Shown piece after piece: positions 43,246 through 53,358 of a DNA stretch of 64,000 nucleotides. Within the stretch, counting starts at the first letter, position 1, and every line of letters starts with the position of its first letter. The notes under the pieces were generated by a model, which was given only the letters and a program-made list of their open reading frames with translations, made no database searches and was not told where the DNA came from. Made by a program: the position numbers and the translations under genes. Where the stretch lies: positions 1 to 64,000 of the IMG/VR virus record IMGVR_UViG_3300047557_004034, one strand, 5' to 3'. The stretch is from a virus.

Positions 43246-44250
43246 TTAACTATCTTCTTTTTCTTCTTTCAAGTCAAAATCACCTTCACTTCCAATAATA
43301 TCTTTCCAATAGTCGGCATATTCTTTTTTGTATGACTCAATGGAGGCTTTCTCTTCTGTAGAATCCTTACCCGCTAAAAATCCATGTGGTGTTACAATAA
43401 TTTTGCCGTCGTCGAAACCTAATCCATTTATGTGGTTTTTCATTACCGATACTTTGGACCTAATTGCAAATTTGACACTCCTCTTATCTTTAGTCGCAGT
43501 AATTTTAGTTGTACCAGCACCTTTTTGGTTTCCAAATAAAAATACTAATGATGAGTTTAACCAAACTGATTCACCACCTTTAGCTTTAATTTTTGGTTGA
43601 CCGAAAGGATTATCGGGAAGTTCAACCCAAGGTTGATTAATAATGATGAGGGTATTTTCATATTCAGTGTCTGCCTTTCTTGAACCTGAAATTCTTTGGT
43701 TGATACCCATTCCAATTTTATCAGAAAGGACAGAAGCATTGTGTTGTTTTCCTCCCTTACCTTCATAAGTCATTTTACATGGAACCGAACCAACTGAATC
43801 CCAAATGAAACATAAACTATAGTTTAGTTCCCCTTTTTCTTGAGCATCCAACAACTGATTTATGTAATCAGTAATTTGTTCTATATAACTAAAATTGTTA
43901 TTGAAAAGGAAGAATCCATCCCAATCCATTTCACCTGTTTCCTTATCAGGAACTTCTTCACAATCGAAACCCATCAGTCTCGCATGGTCAAAACTCCATT
44001 TTTGTTCTGTGATTATGAAGACAGGAAGTATCCCTTTTTTTTGAGCATCGACCGCAGATTTGACTGCCGCAGTAGTTTTCCCTGTGTCCGAGTGTCCTAA
44101 AAACATATTGATGTGTCCAATAGCAGGACCAGGTATACCAACAGCATCCAAGAAATCTTGACCTAAGTCTAAAAATCTTTGTGGTTTATATTTTGCTGAA
44201 GTTGAAAACTTTTTCTTAAGACTGCTAAATTCAGTTTTTTTAATTGCCAT
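43246..44250 (-). CDS. uvsX: RecA/UvsX-like recombinase
   Basis: Walker A GHSDTGKTT, Walker B FIWDSVGS, IIINQ, KGGE, V.KNH motifs. Confidence 0.85.
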   Translation of the reverse strand: MAIKKTEFSSLKKKFSTSAKYKPQRFLDLGQDFLDAVGIPGPAIGHINMFLGHSDTGKTTAAVKSAVDAQKKGILPVFIITEQKWSFDHARLMGFDCEEVPDKETGEMDWDGFFLFNNNFSYIEQITDYINQLLDAQEKGELNYSLCFIWDSVGSVPCKMTYEGKGGKQHNASVLSDKIGMGINQRISGSRKADTEYENTLIIINQPWVELPDNPFGQPKIKAKGGESVWLNSSLVFLFGNQKGAGTTKITATKDKRSVKFAIRSKVSVMKNHINGLGFDDGKIIVTPHGFLAGKDSTEEKASIESYKKEYADYWKDIIGSEGDFDLKEEKEDS

Positions 44251-44262
44251 AAATTGTAGTTG

Positions 44263-44309
44263 AAAAAAAGGACTTAGATACTCGATTGATTCCGGTACCT
44301 AAGTCCTTT
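44263..44309 (-). terminator. Intrinsic terminator/attenuator after the SSB gene
   Basis: Minus strand AAAGGACTTAG-GTAC...GTAT-CTAAGTCCTTT followed by TTTT. Confidence 0.75.
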
Positions 44310-44318
44310 GTATTTTAA

Positions 44319-45161
44319 TTAGAATGGTAAGTCACCATCAACATCCGCATCCGCTTGTGGGTCCACATAGCTTTTCTTACTTCCTCCCATTGATGTCTCA
44401 GAGTCCGTAGAATCACCGTAAACGTATCCACCTCTCTCACTATCCCATCTTGGAGTTTCACCTCTTGCAATAGCCTCTAAATACTCTACAGGTTTTTTGC
44501 TATAAACATCTAACCAAGTCAACTCATCATCAACCCATACTTTACCTTGTTTTTTGTCTTCATGAACAGGTGATGGGTCATCGTACATAATTGTTGATAC
44601 AGTGGTATACTCTTTCCCTTTTGGGGTTTTAGACTTAGTCAATTCGATAATGAGGTCACGACCTTTTTCAGGGTCAGTGATATCACCCTTGTTTCTCCAA
44701 ATAGGAATAATCTTATCCAAGATACCGTCGTTTTTATAGTTGTGTTTGAACCTCCAAAACTTTGGTCCTTCTTCCTCCTTATCTCTATCAATAACTTTTA
44801 CAATATAAAACTTACGTGACTTGTATTGTTTAGCTAATTCTTTGTCAGATTCTTTACCCGTTGAGATAAGTTCTTCGTAGACTTCATTCAAAGGTGAACG
44901 TTCGTTGTCGTTTTTTCCTGGGTCGTAGAACTTTTGCCATTTACCACCTACTTGGATTTCGTGATACCAAGCCTCAACAAATGGTGAAGAACCATCTTTG
45001 GTTGGCAAGATTCGGATTCTTCTTTGACCTGAATTTTCTTTATCTCCTAAAATAAGAGCAAAGTATTTTTTCATTCTTTCCTCTTGAGACATGTTAGATT
45101 GGGCCCCGCCCGATTGTTTTGATTTTTCGTACTGTGCCAATACGGCGTCTAATGTATTCAT
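44319..45161 (-). CDS. Single-stranded DNA-binding protein (T4 gp32-like)
   Basis: RIRILP...PF..AWYH, FYIVKVIDRD, GPKFW.F, DITDPEKGRDL motifs; acidic tail ending DGDLPF. Confidence 0.85.
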   Translation of the reverse strand: MNTLDAVLAQYEKSKQSGGAQSNMSQEERMKKYFALILGDKENSGQRRIRILPTKDGSSPFVEAWYHEIQVGGKWQKFYDPGKNDNERSPLNEVYEELISTGKESDKELAKQYKSRKFYIVKVIDRDKEEEGPKFWRFKHNYKNDGILDKIIPIWRNKGDITDPEKGRDLIIELTKSKTPKGKEYTTVSTIMYDDPSPVHEDKKQGKVWVDDELTWLDVYSKKPVEYLEAIARGETPRWDSERGGYVYGDSTDSETSMGGSKKSYVDPQADADVDGDLPF

Positions 45162-45179
45162 ATTTTAAAATTTATAATG

Positions 45180-45211
45180 CAAATATAATTACTATTTTAA
45201 TATCAGTCAAA
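45180..45211 (-). promoter_or_regulatory. Bacteroidota housekeeping-sigma-type promoter (-33 TTTG, 20 nt, -7 TAnnTTTG)
   Basis: Minus strand TTTG (45211-45208), 20-nt spacer, TATATTTG (45187-45180), 18 nt upstream of the SSB start. Confidence 0.7.
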
Positions 45212-45212
45212 T

Positions 45213-45237
45213 AAAAAAGGTCACCTCAGTGACCTTT
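45213..45237 (-). terminator. Intrinsic terminator ending the upstream structural transcript
   Basis: Minus strand AAAGGTCAC-TGAG-GTGACCTTT-TTT. Confidence 0.8.
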
Positions 45238-45242
45238 CTAAA

Positions 45243-45878
45243 TTAATATTCGTTTTCCGATTGTGGTGAGAAGCTGTCTTTAACTTCCTTATCTACAATG
45301 TCGGTGACTTGGTCTGAAGTTAAAACATAATCTTTTTTTCCTGTTTTTTCCATTTCTTCTTTTTTATCTTCAAAAAAGTCAGAAAGTTTCTGAGTGAAAG
45401 GATATGAATCGTATGTTCTTAATTCCAACTTTTCTTGTGGAGTTTTTTCCCTATACTTCTCTATTTTACTTTCGAGAGAATTTAATTTACTCACGATAGA
45501 ATCCATTTCAGAAAGTTTCTTTTCTAAATTTTCTATTTGACTGAATAAGTTATTGAAATAATCTTCTTGTTTTTTCTCTATTGTCTCTTGTGACTTAACT
45601 AAGTCCGTAACATCCAATTCCTCAGTACCTCCACCTGATTCTTCAGACTCACCCTTGTCATCGATTTTTTCAACTTCAGGGTCTGCTTCAACATCTATTG
45701 GTGTTGGTGGTACATCAGGTTGTGGTGTTTCACCTGCGGGAGGAGCGACTTCCTCACCGGGAGCTGGTGGCGGTGGCGGTACAGCACCTGCGGTCTCAGG
45801 AGCAACTTGTTCATTTACATAATTATTTATGAAATGATACCTTTCTATTTCACTTAATATTTTCTTATCGATTCCCAT
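45243..45878 (-). CDS. Hypothetical acidic, Pro-rich coiled-coil protein (211 aa)
   Basis: ORF track; poly-Pro linker and heptad-like segment LFSQIENLEKKLSEMDSIVSKLNSLESKIEK. Confidence 0.75.
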   Translation of the reverse strand: MGIDKKILSEIERYHFINNYVNEQVAPETAGAVPPPPPAPGEEVAPPAGETPQPDVPPTPIDVEADPEVEKIDDKGESEESGGGTEELDVTDLVKSQETIEKKQEDYFNNLFSQIENLEKKLSEMDSIVSKLNSLESKIEKYREKTPQEKLELRTYDSYPFTQKLSDFFEDKKEEMEKTGKKDYVLTSDQVTDIVDKEVKDSFSPQSENEY

Positions 45879-45880
45879 TT

Positions 45881-46105
45881 TTATCCGTTTAATAATTGTT
45901 TAATACCTTTTGCGGTTTCTACCTTAACTTTTCTATTGGTGTAAACTTGGTGTCCTGCTCTCTCAATCAATCCATCTTTTTCTCTTACGATGTAGCAATC
46001 ACCAGTATCTAAATCACAAACTTCTTTGGTTCCATTACCCATATCTTCTTCACTAAACCTAACTTGTTTACCCAAATAATTGTTCAAAACGTTATTTAAA
46101 TTCAT
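45881..46105 (-). CDS. Hypothetical protein (74 aa)
   Basis: ORF track; upstream TATTTATA at 46119-46126; stop lies 2 nt from the next start. Confidence 0.7.
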   Translation of the reverse strand: MNLNNVLNNYLGKQVRFSEEDMGNGTKEVCDLDTGDCYIVREKDGLIERAGHQVYTNRKVKVETAKGIKQLLNG

Positions 46106-46118
46106 AAAATTTGTTTCC

Positions 46119-46126
46119 TATAAATA
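46119..46126 (-). promoter_or_regulatory. TATTTATA upstream motif
   Basis: tataaata on + strand, 13 nt upstream of the ATG at 46105. Confidence 0.55.
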
Positions 46127-46169
46127 TATGTGAAATAACAAATATTAAAAAATCTTCGTACTTGAACTG

Positions 46170-49100
46170 TTATCTTGTAGTGGTGGCACTAGAATTATTA
46201 ACGAACACATAAGTATCTGTGCTTTCCACGGTGCCACCGCTAGTTATAATTTTAATTTTGCCTGACACCTTTGTGATTGGTGTAAAAGTAATACCGGTCG
46301 CGTTAATCGACTGAATTGTGACTTTATTTTCATTCAGAAATACTTGAGTGTTACCGAGTAGATTTGTTCCTGACAAACTAATTGGTTGTATAACTCCCGA
46401 AGTTGTTTGACTCTTTGGGTCAAATTTAGTAATCGTTGGTGGTAAACATTTTGGTTTACCTGAAGTACTTGTACCCTGATTGTTTGTAGGATTATTTTGT
46501 CTTTCCGGGTCATTCGTTCCGACTGTCCCGTCTATTAGTTTTCTAACGTCAATTTGTTGTATACCTAATGAAGTGTTCGTTGCTAGTTGATTGAAAGAAT
46601 TTAAACCTGCTTCCAATCTTGCACCGTTTTGTTTGATGTTGTCATTAGTCCTTCTTCCCGAATAGAAAAACGGTTCACTCACTGAACTTTTAGTGTTCGG
46701 ATAGTAACAATTATAGAATAACCATAAACCTTCCTTTTCGATTAAGTTTCTTCTTTGTCTTAGTCTTTCATATAAAAATTCGACAAACTTATCGGTTGTG
46801 TTGAAAACCGCCCAAGGGGAATCTCTTAATTTATTTTTCACACACATATATGTTTTTTCAAAGTAATCATTATATGTAGGAGAAAAATTTTCACTTAGAT
46901 TTATTGCCGCACTATAATTGTTTCCATAACCCATGAACTTATTTTCTTTAAATGTTGAGACATAACAAATAGAATAGATAATTGCCTTCATACTTATGTC
47001 CGTAACATTTTTCTTGATAAGAACATCATTTATCGAAGTTATCATCTGTTCTGGTGTTATATTTGTTGCAACAAATTTTGTACTAACGAATTGGTTATTC
47101 AGATATACCAAATCTACGTTATTAACACAAGAGTTTTCAGGACTTGGTGATTGTTTCGCATCTGAAACTTTTTTATCCGCCTTTCCTTGGTCTGTAGTTG
47201 GTGGTACCGATGGTTTTTCCGAACTATTTTTTATGAGTGCTTCTACCTTCGTCAGTAAGTTTTGATTTATACTTTGTAGGTATTTGTCAATTTGAGGATA
47301 ATCAAATACAGCCTGTCTTATTCCATTGAATTGTGTTTGGAACGAACCTGGTGTTATAGTGTGAGTAACCTCTTGAATCATATAAGGTCCATTGAACATA
47401 GGAACATGTCTAAGATTAAAATACATTGTAGGTTGAATCATAGCATTACCCACAGCTACAACTGTACAAGGGTAACTTCTTTGGTTATATAAATTATATA
47501 ATCCTACGTTCTGTGTTGCGTTACCAAGTCCGCTTGCAAGTGTTGACATGTTGTATACCTGTGATATAGCTTCAGCAGTTGCTTTACCTGAATCTTGTCC
47601 TACCTGAAACGAATAAAAAATATTTTGATTTCTTACTCCGATATCAACGTTAAACCCAACACATTTATTAGATAATCCCCAATCTGTTTTTCCCTGTTGA
47701 TTTTCAACTAATGGATTGTCTGAAGCCCTCCTCAAATCAAACGCATCTGTTTTGAATCTATAATAGTTGTTGTCGGGTAATTCCAAATAATTAGATGGTT
47801 TACCTGTAAAGAAACAAACCATTTTCGGACCTGAATCTCTATAGTCAACACTTAAGAAAGTTCCCCATAAGTTGTTAGCAAAATTTAAAGTACCTTCAGG
47901 TTTCCTATTCGAAATACCATCAACATCTTGAACGTTATAAAAATTAACATATGCCGGTAGATTCATGATTGAAAAATTATTGTCAATCAATATACCAGCT
48001 AAAAGTGTGTAAACACTCATAATTTCGTTCATAGAACTTGTTGATAACATACTCTTGAGTCTGAAGACATCAATCAGTAAATCGTCTCCTATGTTTCTTG
48101 AAGCCCTATCTAAGAAAAGAATGTCTTCAAATATTGTTTTACTTTCATAATCTCCTCCTGCAATCCATTTGTCATTTAGTGCTTTGAATGTTTCATATAT
48201 TGTGACCTTGGATTGTTGTCCGTCAACAACTGATTGTTTTGTTGTTTCTTGAACCTGACTTTGTCCACTCAAATTTTGTCTCAAGTTGTTCATTACACTG
48301 TTTATGAATAAATCCTGCAGACTTTGACATTGGTCAATATATTGCTGAAGTCTGACTCTAAATCCTGCGACGGTGATGGATTGTAGTTTTTGAGTTGCAT
48401 ACATTTTTATAATAGGTGCAAGTATCTGAATATTCGGAACAGAAAATTTAATATTATTGTCTATGAAAAAATCTGTGATGTAAGACCCTTGGTCTTTGTA
48501 CCTCAAAGCCTCAATTGTCGAAAAACCAACTTGTAGTTCCAACTCTAACCATTCTTTTGGGTATTGTTGTTTGGATAGTCCAAGAGTTATTCCTCCTGTT
48601 GTAGGCAGTGAACCTTTCACATAGGGTTCGAAGTTTATTGGGTCAACAAGTTGTGGTGTTGTGTTATGTGAGAGGAACGATGCAAAAATTCTCCTATTAT
48701 ATTCAGAGGGATTACCGTATTTGAATACAATATCATATTCCATGAAAGTAGTAAGTTGGTTATTTACAACATCGAACTGTTCTCCAATTGTCTTCGTGAA
48801 AAAGGTTTCTTGTGGTATATTTGATGTATTAGGTTTGACCAACATCATATTTTTAAAAAGTAGTTGAAAGTTTCTAAAAACGTCATTCGCCTCTGAGGCA
48901 AAATTGTTGTAGGATGCAATACTAGTATCTGTAATATCTGAAATAGGTTTACTGAAGTTCAGGAACTCTTCTTCAAACCTATCTAGAATATTTTTTTCAA
49001 AAACACCGAACACATCATCGATTTTCATATAGTTCTCCAATTCAGAAAATCTAAATGGGACCATGTCGATTGCATTTGGTTGGTATGTGTTTAAGTATTC

Positions 49101-52100
49101 ATCGTATTTAGGTTGTTTTATCTTCGAAGTATCAAAATACCCAAAGTTCGATGCAGACCAAAATAATCTAGCTGAGCCATTGAATACCGCTTTGTTTCCT
49201 ACGAAGGTATAACCATTCGCTATTCCCTCGGGAGTTACCAAAGCTTCATTCGCCTCATTTATGTTTGCACCGAAAGACGGTACAACATACAACCTTTGTA
49301 TGTCACCAATTATCGGTGGTTGACACTCTTGTGTTTTTGCACTGAACTCGACATTTGCTGGAAGCAATACGCTCCAAGGATAAACGTTAAAAGTCGTGTC
49401 GTTAAGACCTCCTACGTTTTCTATATTTCCTCCTGGCAAATTAACAATCTGCAGCCCTCTATTCACGAGACTTTGTAATTCTTCGTTTGTATAATCCTTG
49501 AATAAGTCGTATCCATTGTAAAAAACGTTGAAGTCGTTTAAAACTTTGGGATAAAACCCTGGTTGTATTTTATATGTTGTGTTATTGTTTGCTTGGAGTT
49601 GGATGTCTATTATCTGTGATTTATCCTTATTACCACTTGTATTAGTAAAAGTATATTTTTTCCCTACATTTTTGGTGATTGGGTCGTAAGCCGAAACATA
49701 ATCGAAATCTTTCCAAGCCTCCGAAATAATATCTACACCTGTCTGTTTGTAAGTTTTATACCTATGCCAAATAGAACCAAACTTGAGAATCCACGCATAT
49801 GGTAATTTGTGAATCGCACCAAATTTCTTCATTACCGCAAACATATAATTCATATCGTCTATCTGAGATATTTGAGTAATTGTTTCCGATAAAGCATTGT
49901 TAGTCACAGAGGTAGATAGAGATTTCAGTTTTTCTCTCAAGGAAATCAAAGGTAATGAATTCAAGAAAAGATATGCCGCAACTTTATATGGTGTCTTATT
50001 ACCCCTTCTCCAATTATCAACACCTTGTAAAATTGAGTTTACAAAGAAGGGAGTGTTCAACATAGATGTTGTTGTTACAACAGGTAATCCTCTACCCCAA
50101 TAAAAAACCGCAGGTGAGTCAGTAAATGTTTTACCCACTGTCATTGGCAGTGTAGTCGGGATTGCTAAATTATAAAAGTTACTTAACTCGAAGTTGTTTT
50201 GGACAAGATTCGATTGGTTTTCCGGTGTTTGGAAGGCAAAGTTTGTAACAGGTCTATTAGTGTCGAAGTTCTTTAAATCAGTGAAATTCGATATTACATT
50301 TTGCTCTTTGTAAATTCTTAAACTTTCCGTTGTCTGATACCTTTTTGGAAAAATATTTGTGTTGTTTCCTACCAAGTTTGTTTCACACCATTTATCATCG
50401 GTAAATGGATATGTATCTATGATTGATAATACATTTGGTGTAGTATCAATAATCTTTTCTAGCTGAACCGAATACTTGGCTAAATTATTTTGTAACGTTG
50501 GTCCTATATCATTTAGTTCTCTAATTTCAAAAGAGTTTCTAAGATATCCGTTGATATATGGGGTTACAAAAAAATCTCTAATATATTGTTGATATAACCT
50601 ACCAGTACCTTGATTGGAAAAACTATATAAAGTATTTTGGTAATTTTGAGCAGTTATTTGATAATTTTTCAGTTTGTATGTTAAATAAGGTGAGCTTGTG
50701 CCCAAGCTTGTTTTGATGTTTTCACTTTCGTAGTTTGTTACTAATAGGTTCAACTCATCTTTTGATGTTCCTTGTACTCTACCTAAACCCGTATAAAAAG
50801 ATGTCAAATATTGTCTTTCCCAAATTTCATAAAAAAATTTAATCTCATCCTTATTTCTATACGCAATATTATTTTGAGGAAATTCTAATGAGTTTATATT
50901 CAACAAGTTTGTTTGCGAAGAATTTTCTAATGGTGGAGGTGCAATTGGTGATTGAAATTTTTGAGTTAGACCTTTCAGGTATTCTTCAACAAATTCCACT
51001 TCAGGCCAAACGTCGTATCTATTACCTTTGGTAACATCAACAACAGAAGGGTCCGCTAAATATTTCAACTGAAACTTACCCTTTTTGTCTTCATTCGTTT
51101 CGACAAAAAATTGTGGCCATGGGTATATTGGAATGTTCGAACTGTTCAAAGTTGAATTGGGTGAAGACCCTTCCACATTTTGTTTTGCGTCAGAACTTAC
51201 TGCCGCAGACTCGTTGTTTAAAATTGCACTTCTTCTGACTGGGTCGTTCCTCAAACTCCAAGATTTTGTATGAACTTCGTCCATTAGTCTAATGAAACCT
51301 TCTGTGGAAGCCATAATGATTGCTGAAATATTTCTTACAGTCGGTCTGAATCCTAAACCTATCTTATCATCCTCTAATTTTTTCGCAAGTGTTGCAGTAA
51401 TCTCAGATTCATAATCACTTAATTTTTTATTCGCTTGAGCTTCCATTGACCTTATATTATCTATAAAGGTTTGTAAGTTGAAAGTATTGTCGGATAAGAG
51501 TTGGGTTTTTCCTGAGTTTTGCTCTTTGACAAACTTAGGTAAAAGTGAAGGGATTATAAGGCTTAAAGCATCTTTATACTCCTTGGAGGTTTCATTCTCG
51601 AAGAAAACTCCTCTTTCCTTTAAAGTTTCTAAACCATCAATTTCCGCCAAATTAAGTTTTGGTTCTGTGAAAATATCTTTAGTGATTGGGTTATTTATGA
51701 CAGACTTAGAACTAACAACACCCAACGTTCCATTTTCCGCCAAAGCTTTATTATATTCTTTGATGTATTTTGTTAAATCACCAATAGCATCTGTTTTTGC
51801 TTGAGGTGAAAGGCCTTGTTTATAGGTAAATCTTTTCTGACCATCTTTCAGGACTATAGGATTTGGGTTCAAATATGTGTTGAACCATGAATCATTAGAT
51901 TGATATATTTTTTCATAGTATTTTGTGAGAGTTGATTTATAACTTCTACAATCTGTTAGTGGTTGAACATCAGCTTGAGTATATTGGGACATGATGTTTT
52001 TCTCGAATGTGTCTATTTTCTGAATTAGCTGATAGAATGTAATTTCGGGAAAGTCAGGCTCTATTAATCCTTTCGCCTTGTATTCACTGTATACTTGTGA

Positions 52101-53045
52101 TATCTTTTCATACCCCCTCTCACTTACCACCGAAGTAACAATATTTTGTTGGTTATTCGTTGGTGCGGAAGCACCCTTTCCGTTTACCGATTCTTGTTTG
52201 ACTTGACCAACAGTTGGGTTTGGGTTTACTGTTAAATCATATCTTTTGGAGTACATGTGTGGTGTTGCCAACAAATGACCCACTAAAATTTCGTTCAGAA
52301 TATTAAATTTATATCCTTTGAATTCCAAACTCACTTGGTAGTTACCACTGAACGAGTTAAACCTTGCATTAAATTTTTCTAAATTAAGTTGATATCTGAT
52401 TGCCTGTCCATAGTAACCCTTAAGGGTTAAATAGAAAGGTGGATAAGGTAAATTGAAAAATGCCGCATAAGGTGAATTATCACCCAATTGAAATAATGCT
52501 CGTCCTTGTACGTCTTCAAGTTCTATGGTAACACTTGGTATGAAGCTAAGTCCAACCCTAACATTTATACTTGTTATACCCAAAAGTCCATTATCTACTG
52601 CACCGTCAACTCCATTAGTAACAACACCAGCTTTATAAGATGCTGTTTTTTCTCTTGGGTTACCTTGTATTGTTTCTGTTGGTTGATTCACCCCCATACC
52701 ATTCAAACCTGTTTTTGGCGACTTACCTGTCGTATTCAAACCTGTCAATTCGTCGTAGTATGAAGTTGAAAAATAATCTTTTTCGTTAGGTGCCAAAAAA
52801 TTTATCTTGGCAATTGAAACTGTGGTTGCTGCGTTTTGAGGACTTCCACCTACAGCTAATTTTGTTCTTGGTAGTACTTCCGCCTCCAAATTACAAAACA
52901 TTACAAGATTCTCGTGGTCAACAAGTCTTTCCTGTATGTTACCATTCGCATCAATAGTTTTGTTGGGGTCAACTACAATGATGTTGTTGTAATCGAACTC
53001 AACCAAAATACCACCCGCGTTATCTGGAAGTAAGTTACCTACCAT
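46170..53045 (-). CDS. Giant baseplate hub-like protein (2291 aa) with C-terminal IPT/TIG-like Ig domain
   Basis: LLGITSINV...VTIELEDV.G near the N-terminus; Y.CTV...GNAMIQP.MYF.L..VPMFNG.YMI.EV.H.I.PG.FQT.F.G.R, typical of gp27/gp44/late-control-D hub C-termini; PTITKFDP..ISLSGTNL IPT-like end. Confidence 0.65.
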   Translation of the reverse strand: MVGNLLPDNAGGILVEFDYNNIIVVDPNKTIDANGNIQERLVDHENLVMFCNLEAEVLPRTKLAVGGSPQNAATTVSIAKINFLAPNEKDYFSTSYYDELTGLNTTGKSPKTGLNGMGVNQPTETIQGNPREKTASYKAGVVTNGVDGAVDNGLLGITSINVRVGLSFIPSVTIELEDVQGRALFQLGDNSPYAAFFNLPYPPFYLTLKGYYGQAIRYQLNLEKFNARFNSFSGNYQVSLEFKGYKFNILNEILVGHLLATPHMYSKRYDLTVNPNPTVGQVKQESVNGKGASAPTNNQQNIVTSVVSERGYEKISQVYSEYKAKGLIEPDFPEITFYQLIQKIDTFEKNIMSQYTQADVQPLTDCRSYKSTLTKYYEKIYQSNDSWFNTYLNPNPIVLKDGQKRFTYKQGLSPQAKTDAIGDLTKYIKEYNKALAENGTLGVVSSKSVINNPITKDIFTEPKLNLAEIDGLETLKERGVFFENETSKEYKDALSLIIPSLLPKFVKEQNSGKTQLLSDNTFNLQTFIDNIRSMEAQANKKLSDYESEITATLAKKLEDDKIGLGFRPTVRNISAIIMASTEGFIRLMDEVHTKSWSLRNDPVRRSAILNNESAAVSSDAKQNVEGSSPNSTLNSSNIPIYPWPQFFVETNEDKKGKFQLKYLADPSVVDVTKGNRYDVWPEVEFVEEYLKGLTQKFQSPIAPPPLENSSQTNLLNINSLEFPQNNIAYRNKDEIKFFYEIWERQYLTSFYTGLGRVQGTSKDELNLLVTNYESENIKTSLGTSSPYLTYKLKNYQITAQNYQNTLYSFSNQGTGRLYQQYIRDFFVTPYINGYLRNSFEIRELNDIGPTLQNNLAKYSVQLEKIIDTTPNVLSIIDTYPFTDDKWCETNLVGNNTNIFPKRYQTTESLRIYKEQNVISNFTDLKNFDTNRPVTNFAFQTPENQSNLVQNNFELSNFYNLAIPTTLPMTVGKTFTDSPAVFYWGRGLPVVTTTSMLNTPFFVNSILQGVDNWRRGNKTPYKVAAYLFLNSLPLISLREKLKSLSTSVTNNALSETITQISQIDDMNYMFAVMKKFGAIHKLPYAWILKFGSIWHRYKTYKQTGVDIISEAWKDFDYVSAYDPITKNVGKKYTFTNTSGNKDKSQIIDIQLQANNNTTYKIQPGFYPKVLNDFNVFYNGYDLFKDYTNEELQSLVNRGLQIVNLPGGNIENVGGLNDTTFNVYPWSVLLPANVEFSAKTQECQPPIIGDIQRLYVVPSFGANINEANEALVTPEGIANGYTFVGNKAVFNGSARLFWSASNFGYFDTSKIKQPKYDEYLNTYQPNAIDMVPFRFSELENYMKIDDVFGVFEKNILDRFEEEFLNFSKPISDITDTSIASYNNFASEANDVFRNFQLLFKNMMLVKPNTSNIPQETFFTKTIGEQFDVVNNQLTTFMEYDIVFKYGNPSEYNRRIFASFLSHNTTPQLVDPINFEPYVKGSLPTTGGITLGLSKQQYPKEWLELELQVGFSTIEALRYKDQGSYITDFFIDNNIKFSVPNIQILAPIIKMYATQKLQSITVAGFRVRLQQYIDQCQSLQDLFINSVMNNLRQNLSGQSQVQETTKQSVVDGQQSKVTIYETFKALNDKWIAGGDYESKTIFEDILFLDRASRNIGDDLLIDVFRLKSMLSTSSMNEIMSVYTLLAGILIDNNFSIMNLPAYVNFYNVQDVDGISNRKPEGTLNFANNLWGTFLSVDYRDSGPKMVCFFTGKPSNYLELPDNNYYRFKTDAFDLRRASDNPLVENQQGKTDWGLSNKCVGFNVDIGVRNQNIFYSFQVGQDSGKATAEAISQVYNMSTLASGLGNATQNVGLYNLYNQRSYPCTVVAVGNAMIQPTMYFNLRHVPMFNGPYMIQEVTHTITPGSFQTQFNGIRQAVFDYPQIDKYLQSINQNLLTKVEALIKNSSEKPSVPPTTDQGKADKKVSDAKQSPSPENSCVNNVDLVYLNNQFVSTKFVATNITPEQMITSINDVLIKKNVTDISMKAIIYSICYVSTFKENKFMGYGNNYSAAINLSENFSPTYNDYFEKTYMCVKNKLRDSPWAVFNTTDKFVEFLYERLRQRRNLIEKEGLWLFYNCYYPNTKSSVSEPFFYSGRRTNDNIKQNGARLEAGLNSFNQLATNTSLGIQQIDVRKLIDGTVGTNDPERQNNPTNNQGTSTSGKPKCLPPTITKFDPKSQTTSGVIQPISLSGTNLLGNTQVFLNENKVTIQSINATGITFTPITKVSGKIKIITSGGTVESTDTYVFVNNSSATTTR

Positions 53046-53358
53046 AATAATAAAAATAATTTTCTAATGCACCTTTATAGTCTTGTAATGATGGTAGAAG
53101 AGGAAAAGGAATTGTCAATATTGCACCGTCAGGTATATAATTTTCCAAACCTCCATACTGTGGATTTGCTTGTAAAATAAGCCAACCAAAAAAGGGACTA
53201 CCATAAAAATCTTGAGAAACCTTATCAAGTCTGCTTCTACCGACCTTATAAATAAAAGTCTTGTCTGATGGTTTATTTGGTAGATAAACAAATGGCACAA
53301 CGGTCTGTTGTCCGTTGATTAGAAAATCCGTGTATCTGTTATAATATGCGAATGGCAT
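53035..53358 (-). CDS. LysM-like baseplate protein (P2 gpX / T4 gp53-like)
   Basis: YKVGRSRLDKVSQDFYGSP..GWLILQANP......IPDGAILTIP pattern; positioned between tube initiator and hub. Confidence 0.75.
   Translation of the reverse strand: MPFAYYNRYTDFLINGQQTVVPFVYLPNKPSDKTFIYKVGRSRLDKVSQDFYGSPFFGWLILQANPQYGGLENYIPDGAILTIPFPLLPSLQDYKGALENYFYYYGR

Noticed and set aside
38364-44250. Inteins or introns in nrdJ, helicase or recombinase
   Set aside because: Proteins are of normal length with contiguous motifs; no intein splice-junction or homing-endonuclease motifs seen
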